Below, in pieces: positions 35,073 through 46,120 of a stretch of 64,000 nt of DNA. The DNA is from Macrostomum lignano (lineage: Eukaryota), in NCBI GenBank assembly GCA_002269645.1, contig NIVC01000419.1:62001-126000 (forward strand). Reading direction: 5' to 3'. Made by a program: the position numbers and the translations under genes. Below the pieces are notes generated by a model, which saw only the letters and a program-made list of their open reading frames with translations, was not told the DNA's origin and made no database searches. Position 1 is the first letter of the stretch. Every line of letters starts with the position of its first letter.

Positions 35073-37008
35073 CGACTATATGATGAACTGAACTCTGAAC
35101 TGAGCTAAACAGTTGCATACGTCCTGTTCCTAAAACCATTAAAATGGCACGACTCAACTCATTGGTTTTATGAATCTATTTTGCCATTCTTCGCTCACTG
35201 TGTAACAATCTGTGTAACAGAGATGATAAAATAGATTCATAAAACCAAGATACAAGCTCATTTTCTAATTTTTAGGCACAGAAAATGCACCTAAAATAAA
35301 AAATTAACATGGAATAAATCTTTTTTCTGAACGAAAAGCTCTGTGAATATCAATCAATATAGCTGTAAGAAAGGCACAACATATCAAGAGATAAACATTG
35401 GTCTGCCTCCTATCGAAGGCATTAAAATTTTGTGTTGAAAGTAAGAAAATTTGTCCTTGTTTCCCAAGTTGTCCTTGGGAAAAGCATATGATTCAACAGA
35501 TATTTTCTGTCTGAAATTAATTTTTGTCGATAGCAATCTCATAGCGTTTTCATTTGTAACCAAAATGTCAGCTATTCAAATCACAGAAACAATTTATTCT
35601 TAGAAACGCAGAAACGCTATCAACACTATGCTCTGAAATCCTCAATCCTTTATCGGTCCCTAAAAAATTTCAAAAATTGAAGAGCTGAATCAGTTTTGAA
35701 ACCGATTCTGAAAAATGATAAAAATTTCAAAAGTTCCTAACAGATTTTGTTTATTGAAGCGCCAATGTGAAAATCTCCTTATAACAGCTTCTACAATATT
35801 ATCCACAAGCATGCCCCTTTCGTGGTCAATGACCGCGGTCGGGCACCGCCCGTTTGTGCTCCGTTCCTTGCTCTGTCCACTCTGCTTGCCATGTGTACAA
35901 CACAAGCTTAATTTCTACTCCTCCGTTGCTCGCCGCCTACCCGTCTTTCTGCCCCCGAGCGCACCCAGCCCCCCTCAGTTCTGGATAAAAGGCCTTCTCT
36001 GGTTGTTCTGGCTCGCCTTGTCTGTTTGCGCGTAGTCTTTTTATCCTCTGTGGTCTTTTGTCCTTATTCGTATTTCTACGCTTTTTCCTTAACTCTGTTC
36101 ATCGCTTTTTTACTGTTTTTAATCGTTTTTTACTCCCCTAAGTCTAGAGGGCTTCTTTTGATCGCTTGTGCGCTTCGTTCCCCTCATGTTGGTGTTCGTG
36201 TCTCTTCTTTTGTGCTCCGACCATGGCGTTGATAGCTTCGCTATTGCAAAATGTTCCAAATCACAAGAATTTTTCTAAATGTTCATCCAATCTAGGACAC
36301 TTAAAAAAACATTTTCTAGATTTTCGGTCAGTTAAAAATATCAACCTACACTTAAAATGTTATTTCACTCATTTTTGTCACTTTTCACTGTTAAATATTT
36401 CAAACAGTAGTTTTAAACAGCAGTAGAGGCTTTATTGAAAAAATACTGCTTACATTTTGCTGATTTTTGTACACAACTATATCTATACAGGTATCGAATT
36501 TATTGAGGGCTTGTGAAATGACCTTCATAAATTAGAGCACTGTCAACTGCAATGACCCAAAATAACCCAAAGAACTGAGGTCTTAGAATTAGAATGAAGC
36601 AGCTTCTTATAGCTAGACAACTGGTAATGCAGCAGAAAGCCATCGGAACACTGTGTGCTTCACAAATTCACCCGACCCCCTCCAATTCCTCCAGTTCCCA
36701 CGCGTGACCCATCTGATGATCAGACTTTTAGAAACAGATCACGGGCGTTAGGAGACTGGAAGCCAATTAGACAGAGGAAGACATGACTCAATCACATTGG
36801 AGTTCGGAACGTGACCGACCTTTTTAGGACTATATTTTAGCTGAGGACTCTGCGCTCAAAAATCCTCAGACGTCCGATTTTTATCGAGAAGCGGGGCCCG
36901 TTTTTCTCCCACGTTTGATTTTGATCCACAGCTCCTGACTCCGATTTGAGTCCAGTCCACTTCAGGAACCGTATCAGCTACGACATCGATTCTATTGAGA
37001 ACAGTAGC

Positions 37009-37410
37009 AGCACCGCCGTCAGCGAGTCATCGGTCCTGCTGAGGACAGTACGAGCTACCAGCATCGTCGTCAGCGAGTCATCGGTCCTGCTGAGGACAGT
37101 ACGAGCTACCAGCATCGTCGTCAGCGAGTCATCGGTCCTGCTGAGGACAGTACGAGCTACCAGCATCGTCGTCAGCGAGTCATCGGTCCTGCTGAGGACA
37201 GTACGAGCTACCAGCATCGTCGTCAGCGAGTCATTGGTCCTGCTGAGGACAGTACGAGCTACCAGCATCGCCGTCAGCGAGTCATCGGTCCTGCTGAGGA
37301 CAGTACGAGCTACCAGCATCGTCGTCAGCGAGTCATTGGTCCTGCTGAGGACAGTACGAGCTACCAGCATCGCCGTCAGCGAGTCATCGGTCCTGCTGAG
37401 GACAGTACCA
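37009..37410. repeat. 51-bp minisatellite, about 7.9 copies
   Basis: Unit AGCATCGTCGTCAGCGAGTCATCGGTCCTGCTGAGGACAGTACGAGCTACC; no spacers. Confidence 0.95.
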
Positions 37411-38478
37411 GCATCGCGGTCAAGGAATCAGACTTAACCTTCTAAGACTGAGACTCAAGACATCAAGCTTAACCCCCTTGGTGATTTTGTTCTGCTACGA
37501 TTGTCAGTTGCGTGGCTAGCCGCCAAGTGCTGAGTTCTCAGTTCTTTAGAATCTCTTGTTAACAAGAGTCCCATCTTCAGCTATAGGCCAGTCCGTGGTC
37601 GGCTCAAACAGCCCTGGTCATCAGTGTGGATTCCAGCCTCGTTTCAGTGGGAAATGTCAATGAGCCTGCTCAGAAGGGGGTGGTTTCAGACTCCGTGTTT
37701 TCTTACGGCGTCCCGCAAAGGCACCTTAGCAGCGTCATGCGTCCCGCAAACCTAGATGTGTTAGAGCCTTGCCTTCACGCCATGTTGCGCCATAACTGCT
37801 TTCATGTTCTTTCATCCGCTTTCGCAAACTCATAAGCAGATACCACTGAGTCACTTAAGCTCATCTTGAAATTCAGGTGGCAATGTAGTTTTGCCGCCCT
37901 TTTTACCCAAGCTTTCCTCAATGACCGATAGAAAATCTGAGATAAATCTGTCTCTCCGATAGTCGTTAGTAATCGAAATCCACTTTCGCGGATGTTTGGC
38001 CGTTTAGAATATCGATTTAGCATAGGTGGATGGGACGGTTGCCCAAGTGTAGCAACCTAATACAGTAGCCCCAGTCTTGAACAGTCTGGAACTGCGTGTG
38101 ATTCTACTGGCACTGTACTTGAGTATCAGCCCAGTGCAGTATTGCAGCTTTAAGGTAGAGAGATATTAAAAAGTACATTTAGCAAGATCCAAGAACAGCC
38201 ACCCAAGATAGAGAATTTGCAAAGCGATTGACTTCAGCTCACTACACAACAATACACTCAATGGCGCACTGAGTCTGGGGTAGCGGTTTCAACTGTTGTC
38301 AAGCGTATGTACAATGCATACGATACAGTAATGACAGAGTGTACACCACAAACAGAAAACTCACACAAGAAATACTTTAAACCCAACGTTCCTGTGTCTC
38401 TTATGGATTTCTTCTGATCTCGTAGAAAACTTCTGTGCATTTGGTTCTTCAAACTTTCTAAGCGGCACACCGAGCAGC

Positions 38479-39862
38479 ATGAGTTCCAGTTGTAACAACT
38501 GTGGATCAGAATTATTAGACAGGATTGACTCATTATCCATTCAGCTTGTCAAGATTTTCGATGGCGAGAATGCACCAGCAGAACCTGGCATCGGCAGCAC
38601 CTTGTGAGTTTTACTGGTTATACTAGTTAATAAGGGTGGTGTCAGCGTACTGTTAATGAAAAGTTTCTGTAATTATAGTTGTTATTACGAGTTTGTACTT
38701 TTTTACTTTTTCAGGCCCAGCGCAAAGGCTTACTCACCTGAGTCATTTGAGTCAGAGTAAGTTTTTGCATTAGTCAAACCAGTTTTAGACTCGTTTTGGA
38801 ACTGACATACTGCAAAAAGTTTAGTCTAAAACTATTGTTTTTGCCAACTTTAACTCAATTTTATTCTTTAGACCATATGCGGACGAACCAATCAATATTT
38901 TAAATCCCTCAATGAAAGAAGTGGCCACCGAGACACTTGAACCAACAGAACACGAATGCCTGTCACACATTCGACAAGAGCGAGACGGATTGAAGGCTCA
39001 ATGCTTAGAATTGGAGCAGTGCATCAATCGAATGCAAGATGAATTGAGGGAACTTGAAAAATTGAAACACACTAACGGCTCACTGAAATCCATGTTGAAG
39101 CGCGAAACTTGGAAAGTGACCACCCTGCAGGCTTCAAAGCAAAACGTGGAAAAAGCGCTGAACCAATTGACTCAGGAAAATCAGCTACTGAAGTCGCAGC
39201 TGGCTGACTTGTCGGCCCAATTTAAAGAAAGCAGAAAAAATGCTGAGGAAGCTCAAGCCATGACCGAGCAATCAAATGCTAAACTGGCAGATTCTCAGCA
39301 TTTGTGCGACGCACTGCAAGAGGCACTGAATCACAGCAAGACTCAACTGGAAGCCAAGGCAGCCTCTGAGCAGCAGCGGAGGCGAGAGTTCGAAGGCCTC
39401 AGCAGTGAAAGAGAAAGAGAAAAGACTCTGCTCAAAAGTAATCAAGCCCTAAACAAGAGGAATATGGACTTAGTTGCACGGCTTAAGGAGCAAGAGGAGA
39501 CTCTGCATCAAAGTCGTCAAGCCAAAACATCTTTAGAGTCAGAGTTAGATTTTAAGACTCTAGCAATGGAAGAACTGGAAACTGCCAAGCAGAGTTTACA
39601 AGAGACCGCACAGAAACTGACGGAGGAAAAGCAAATGCTTCAGTCTCAGTTGGAGACTCTCAGTGACGTGAATAAAGTTTTTGAGCGGAAATTAGAAGAG
39701 TTGAGGAAAAAATTCAACAGTTTATTGACAGAATTTGAAAAGCAAGATGAGGCTCTGAACAATGCAAAGAAAATGAAGGATTCGCTGGAGACCGAAGTCA
39801 AGGAGAAGACGTTGGCCCTTATTGAGCAAAAAAATCGGAGAAGAGAATTCAAGCAGAATTAA
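38479..39862 (+). CDS. Coiled-coil family gene U4, N-terminal ORF
   Basis: Exons 38479-38603, 38715-38756 and 38872-39862, phase-2 introns. A 1-nt deletion near 39835 relative to U2 and U6 shifts the frame to TAA at 39860-39862. Confidence 0.75.
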
Positions 39863-40890
39863 TGCAGGCCCGGTGGGTTACTGGTGCATTGGAAAACAGG
39901 TTCGCTGCGCTACGGACGGAATTCGAAGTTCAAACAAGATCTCTAAACGAAAGTAAAGAGTCTATACTGTTGCTAAAAACCCAGCTTAAAGATAAGGACT
40001 CAGTTTTGGCAGAGCTGGAAGTTAGGCGTCAAAATCTTCACAGAGACATGACGCAGGAACGCTTAGAAAAGCAAAAGTTGAGTTTTATGCATCGGTGGCT
40101 CCAGTCAAGTTATAATAGCAGTTATAATAGCGAAGAAGCAGTTCAGCAGCTTCAAGCCAAGAATGAAAATATGGCTCAGAAAAACCACGAGCTACAGGCT
40201 GATCTGAATAAAGCTACAGAGACCCTTACTCAAAAGACTGCTCTGGAGCGACAACTGAATTACACAATCGCCGCTCTGCATGAAAGACTCAACCGCCATG
40301 CTGAAGAGTCGGACAACAGGCTGAAGGAAGCGAAGCGAATTCAGAATGAGCTATACGGAAAAGTTTGCCAACATCAGAATCTTAGACAGAAATGCGAGAA
40401 GGAACTTGTTGCATTGAAGGTGCAACTGGAACGCAATAAACGTCAGTTGCTTTTGACTCACGATCGGATGCGACGAGCAGCTGCGTTGCTTTTGGATACA
40501 ACTGATTCTGGACCTTCTGCTCAGCATTTAAGGCCGGAAAGTACAAGAAAGAAAGTCGAAAACAATGATGTCATGAGACATGATAGTGAATTATCGGCTG
40601 AGCATTTGGCGACGCATTCTAGAAAACAGGAGGTGAAAACAAAACTGTTTCAGGTGCAGAATAATCTAGAACAGGCAGTCCAACTCTTGCTGCTGTCGGC
40701 TGAACGCCTTCAACAATCGCAGGAAGTGGCAGATGAATTCCATCATTGTTCAAATTACTTGGAAACAGAAATCGATGCACTGAAACAGCAGTTGTTTGAA
40801 GTCAAACGACGACTTAGAAACGTTGAGACGTTTAAATCGGTGCGTCAACAACTCTGTGATGAACTGAACTCATCGACTGGCATTAGGTAA
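39862..40890 (+). CDS. Coiled-coil family gene U4, C-terminal ORF (342 aa) starting at overlapping TAATG
   Basis: Intact ORF collinear with the C-half of U6. ATG 39862-39864 overlaps the upstream TAA. Contains a 12-bp tandem duplication AGTTATAATAGC (40108-40131). Independent translation is unproven. Confidence 0.55.
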   Translation: MQARWVTGALENRFAALRTEFEVQTRSLNESKESILLLKTQLKDKDSVLAELEVRRQNLHRDMTQERLEKQKLSFMHRWLQSSYNSSYNSEEAVQQLQAKNENMAQKNHELQADLNKATETLTQKTALERQLNYTIAALHERLNRHAEESDNRLKEAKRIQNELYGKVCQHQNLRQKCEKELVALKVQLERNKRQLLLTHDRMRRAAALLLDTTDSGPSAQHLRPESTRKKVENNDVMRHDSELSAEHLATHSRKQEVKTKLFQVQNNLEQAVQLLLLSAERLQQSQEVADEFHHCSNYLETEIDALKQQLFEVKRRLRNVETFKSVRQQLCDELNSSTGIR

Positions 40891-42372
40891 AATGCTCACT
40901 GACTTGGAGCTACTCAACTTGTATTAGAATAAACTTTGTCAAGAGACTAGGCTTACAATCCCCGGGCATTGTTCTGGTTCCTCTGGCTGGTTTGTTCCCA
41001 TTGCTCAAAGGATTGTCAAAGGATTGGAAAATTTGAAGATGCGCTGTCTTTATGAGGCTTTCAGAAATAGCTACTCCAGAACCAGAATCTGTTAGGAAAT
41101 ACATCGAAAGATCTGCAGATATTTTCTATCTCTGAAAACCTTTTGTATCTTAACAATCTGTTATTTCAATAATTCTAGTCCAAGTGGCAAATAATTCAAT
41201 TCCAGAAACAATTATTTTGCTAGAATTACAAAACCATAAGAAAATTTTTTGTTTGAAATTTTTAATCCTTTTAAGCTCTTATTTTTAGCCCTAAGATCAC
41301 GCGTTACGTGATCACGTGAGCGTGATGCGTCATATTGAAGGCCGTGACTTGTCCTCAACCTCCGTTATCATGCAAGCAACCCTGGTGACGTCACCCACCA
41401 GCCGCGCTGCAATTGGACGAGAAATCGGAGAGGGCGAAGCAGAAAAAAATTATTTATGATGGAGGATTACGTAACAGGCAGGAAAAAGCTTCGGGAGATA
41501 GGCGGTCATAAAACTGTCACTTGCACGACTGATTTCGAACAATAGAAAGGAGGTGGGGTTGGTGCGCGGGGAAGTGAGTGGGCGATAAGCAAGGCACATA
41601 ATTCACAGGGGAAAAAGGGTTGCGCAATAATTCCAAATCTCTGTATTTTACGTATTGAATGTGTTATTTGTGACACTTTAAAATAATTGTACTACGCGCT
41701 CGTATGTTGTCATTAGGTGAAAACAGCAAGTTTTACTTTTTCACTGTGTTAATTAATTTTTTCTTCGTACCAAAGAGCCACCTTCCAAGGTTTTATTATA
41801 ACAATATTGTGTTGCTTTCGGCACACGTCTATACTTTTACAGGGTTCATCTGCTCAGAATTGTCTTAGAGTTAAAATAAAACAGATTCTTAGCTAGAGCA
41901 CTGGCCATGGAGCTGAAGCAACTGGAACACTGCGTGCTTAACAAGCTCACCACGACCCCTCCAATTCATCCAGTTGGTTCCCAGACGTAGTCCACGTAAT
42001 CATTGGCATTAGGTCAATAATAAAAAAGAGGAGGCCAATAAAAAGAAAAAGGAAGTCATGACGGGGAAGTCTGGAAGAGCGCGTGATTCTACCCGGCTCC
42101 TCTTCTCACCCCAGTGCGGTACTGGAGCTCTAAGGTAGAGAGACATTGCAAGCTACAGTTCACACTGTACAATGCATAATGTATGGCGGTTGCAGAGTGT
42201 ACACCACAAAGCGAAAATTCATATGCACGAACTACCTCAACATATACTGTCCTGGTCTATCTCTCTCTCTCTCTCTCTTCTGGCTTTCATCGTGAGAAAG
42301 CTGTAAAAAACTTGTATCAACAATTTTTCCCAGTTTAGTTCTCAAAACTTTTAAATCGTCACATCGAGTAGC

Positions 42373-43701
42373 ATGAGTTCCAGCTGTGCGAATCATAAAT
42401 CAGATTTATTAAACAGGATTGAGTCATTGACCATTCAGCTTGTAAAGGTTTTTGATGGCGAGAGAGCGCCGGCAAAATCTGGCATCGGCACCTTGTGAGT
42501 TTTACTCGTTGTACTAGTCAGTACGCGAAGAGTTCCATCAGCCGTATCATCCGTAAATGGAGTTTTTTTGTAACTAATGCTGTTAATGCATTAATTAACT
42601 TTCAGACCCAGCGACAGGGCTTCCTCATCTGAGCAACCGGACTCTAAGTACATTTTTTGCATTGGTCTACCCCTTTTTGCAACTTAATTAATGCAATTAA
42701 ATTTACTCTTCAAATTTTTAATTTTAAACAAACGTTGGCCCATTTTTAGACGATCGTTGAACGAACCAATTGACATTTCAATTCCACCAACGAAAGAAGT
42801 GGCCACCGAGACAGTTGGATCAACAGAACACGAATGCCTGTCACACATTCGACAAGAGCGAGACGGATTGAAGGCTCAATGCTTAGAACTGGAGCAGTGC
42901 ATCAATCGAATGCAAGACGAATTGAGGGAACTTGAAAAAGTGAAGCACACCAACGGCTCACTGGAATCCCAGTTGGAGAACAAGGCTTGGCAAGTGACCA
43001 ACCTGCAGGCTTCAAAGCAAAGCTTGGAAAAACAGTTGAAACAGTCGTCTCAGGAAAATCAGCTACTGAAGTCGCAGCTGGCTGACTTGTGCGCACAATG
43101 TAACGAAAGCAGAAGAAAAGCTGAGGAAGCTCAAGCCATGACCGAACAATCAATTGCTAAACTGGCAGATTTGCAGCAATTGTGCGATGCACAGCAAGAG
43201 GCTCTGAACCACAACAAGACTCAACTGGAAGCCAAGGCAGCCTCTGAGCAGCAGCTGAGGCGAGACATCGAAGAAAAGAGTCATATGGTCTTATTTGCAC
43301 GGCTCAGGGCGCAAGAGGAGGCTCTGCATCAATCTCGTGAGGCCAATAGGTCATTAGAATCAGAGACGAATCGTATGACTCAAGCTATGGAAAAACAGGA
43401 AACTGCCAAGCAGAGTTTACAGCAGACCACACAGAAGCTGAGACAGGAAAATCAAATGCTCCAATCTCAGTTGCAGGAGGCCCAGTCGGTCGCTGATGAA
43501 ATGGGAAACAGATTCACGGTGCTGTCGACGAAATTTCAAGCTCAAACTAGACCTCTAAACCAAAGCGAAGAGTCGATAATATTGCAAGAAACCCAGATTA
43601 AAGATAAGGATTCGGTTTCGGCAGATATTGAATCTGGGCCTCAAAATGTTGAGAAAGATTTGACAAAAGAAAAGGGAAGGTCAAGTTGTATTCCATCGTA
43701 A
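42373..43701 (+). CDS. Coiled-coil family gene U5 (3 exons, about 371 aa, truncated, no hydrophobic tail)
   Basis: Exons 42373-42494, 42606-42647 (donor GTACAT) and 42750-43701, phase-2 introns, in frame. A degraded remnant of the C-terminal coding sequence follows the stop. Confidence 0.8.
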
Positions 43702-44972
43702 TTTGAAAGTTCGAGTCAAGTGATCGATCTGGATAGTGAAGAATATTCAGCAACTTATTTCAAGCCAGTGCTGAACTTGTGACAAAGAAAAGCCATGAGC
43801 TATAGGCTAAGCTGTATAAAGTAGTACCACTGGAGTGACAACTGAATTATACAATCACCGTTCTGCATGAAAGACTCAACGAAGTACTCAACTCAATAAC
43901 TTGTTGCAGTGAAGGTGCAACTAAGAAAACTTGTTTTTTGAATAAAATTTGTTGATATCTGGCTTAAAATCAACATATCAATACTTTAATCCTGTTCCAT
44001 TTTATCTGGCTGTTGCATTCCTGTTTCTTTAATGACTGTTTCGATTGAGAAGTCGAAGATGCACTGTGTAACTGCGGTTCTTTATGATGCTTTTCATGAG
44101 TATTTTTCTTCGGAACCAGAATCTGAAGCAAAAGGGAAAACATAAAAGTCTACAGAATATTTTTTTATTGTAAACAAATTTGTTGGAAATTATCTTCGCA
44201 ATCTCTTATTCTAATATTTTCTTAGATTTTTAGATTTCTTAGATTCTTATTTCTAGCCAAGGCTTCAAATAGCCATTTGCCCGAAACAAATTGGTTGCTA
44301 GAACACAGAAACTCAATATCAGGACTAGCTATAGTGCGAAATTCTTAAGGGGGTTTAAAATATGGTCGGGGGAAGGTTCCCACTACAGAACTGTAAGTTC
44401 TGTGGTTCCCATATATCTTGTATAGCAACCTAATATTGTGGCCAGCTTGATGGGTCTTTTCTATGCTCAAGGTGATTTATTGAAAGCTTACTCTCAGTCG
44501 CTTCACTAGCTGTCTAACTTAAATGTCTAACTTAATTTTACAGTGACAATGCAAATTGTTTTAGCCATAGACATTTTAGCGCGCGTGTCAAGCAATGACT
44601 GCTGAGTTAACAGCTTCAGCCGCCTTTCACTCGAGTCGCAGATGGTGCCAGCGGTCTGCTAGGAGGTCTTAAAAGCCCTAAAACATTTGCTGCGTTTTCC
44701 ACCCCTTTGAATAACAGAATGAATAAATAAAAACTCCGTAACTCCAGTTTGTCACGATGCACTTTAATGGGTGGTCTGCACGAGCCGACCCGGCCATGCG
44801 ACCTCCGGGTCCACAAGTTCAAACCAGTCTGATCTAAGTAGACAGTGTGAACTCCTGGAGCTAAGTGGGAGCATGAAGCTAGCCTAACTTTCTTCTGGCG
44901 TCCTGCCAGGCTTTCCACTCGGTTGGTGTTCTGGCGTACATGTACATCCGTCCCCTCTTTAGAAAGTTTGAC

Positions 44973-45284
44973 CAGGGGCGTCGCCATGGATTTTATGGGG
45001 GGGGGGACAAAGCAATGAATTGTACACATACATGTACATGACTAAATTTCTACTATGTACATTTTTTTGAGAACCGGTGTTGTCAGCGCTCATTTTGGCA
45101 TCGCAGGCACTCATTTTAGCACCGTAGGTTCAATATTTTAGCGCCCTGAAACAAAATTATTGCTTTACACAGAGAAGAGCATTATCACCTTCCCCATAGC
45201 CTTCACTGGGGGGGGGGACACATGTCCTTGCTGCCAACAACAATGGGTGGTTGGGCCTTTATGGTCAAACTCAGGGGCGTCGCC
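44973..45284. mobile_element. hAT-like MITE whose right end is inverted
   Basis: Left: AGTTTGAC|CAGGGGCGTCGCC (44965-44985). The right TIR plus TSD appears reverse-complemented as GTCAAACT-CAGGGGCGTCGCC (45264-45284). Confidence 0.75.
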
Positions 45285-45552
45285 AAGGCCCAACCACCCA
45301 TTGTTGTTGGTCAATCAAACGTTTTAAGACTCACATGCGGCTTGGCAGGAAAGCGTCCGACCGGCTTCTCAGTCACCGATTTTGGCGTCAGAAAAGGATT
45401 TCGTTTGCTGCACCTGCAAAAATTTCGTATTTCTGCGTTCATTTTGCAGATTTTTTCCCTGTGCCCTCTGCGACACAAAGCTTCCAACCTGCGGCTTGTT
45501 GGAACATTGACCGAATGCAGTGAATAGAATTTTTCGATACTCCTAACAACAC

Positions 45553-45914
45553 TTTCATTAGAACGACATGTTTCGCCTAACTTTAGGCATCATCGTCGTC
45601 TACCAATTCCAGTGCTCTGTTGATCAGAGAGTTACCTACCTAGGTAAATCGAAACGGCATTTGTATGTTAGGGGCAGAGAACACTGGTTAAAGCCATCAG
45701 CAGTGCAAGACCATCTTATGGCCTGTAGTGAATGCGCCAACAGTGAACAAAAGGATAGGTTTACTATCATACACAGTTGCAATATCGATCATCGCCTTAA
45801 GATTATTGAAGCTATGTAAATTAAAAACTGGCAACCAACTTTAAATAAACAGTTGGGTTATTCCGGGGCCGGTGCTCTCCTGAGAGTGTTCTAAACGTAC
45901 ACCCACTACCCGGC

Positions 45915-45945
<31 letters not shown>

Positions 45946-46120
45946 GTCTCGGTTTTGATCTGTTGACTCCCCCCGTGTTTTGTTATTACAATCTTGTGCA
46001 TCACTGACTATCTGCCACTGAAATGTATTTATACTCTACGTTTTGACTTAAATTAAATAAATTCCAATCTGCCCGATGATGCCTAAAGTTAGGCGAAACA
46101 TGTCGTTCTAATGAAAATGC
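45553..46120 (+). mobile_element. Penelope-like element 3' remnant: GIY-YIG endonuclease end, pLTR and inverted pLTR fragment
   Basis: VVYQFQCSVDQRVTYLGKSKRHLYVRGREH...SAVQDHL...LKIIEA*..PTLNKQL matches the PLE GIY-YIG C-terminus. The 43-bp segment at 46074-46116 is present inverted at 45553-45595, fused to the 5' truncation point. Confidence 0.85.
46073..46110 (+). ncRNA. Minimal type I hammerhead ribozyme-like motif (PLE-associated)
   Basis: CCGATGA-T-GCCTAA-AG-TTAGGC-GAAAC-AT-GTC: a 6-bp stem II, the GAAA core, a palindromic mini stem III (ACATGT) and a GUC site ending at 46104. The core has C where U is canonical (CUGAUGA), and stem I is weak. Confidence 0.55.

Noticed and set aside
36710-36745. 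CTGATGA...GAAAC at 36713 (similar at 26790-26745 on the minus strand) as hammerheads
   Set aside because: No pairable stem II and no correctly placed NUH site.
44640-44960. Possible CR1-like LINE 3' coding remnant (HPLK...LELRSFY) on the minus strand
   Set aside because: The similarity rests on a few residues across frameshifts, too weak to call without an alignment.
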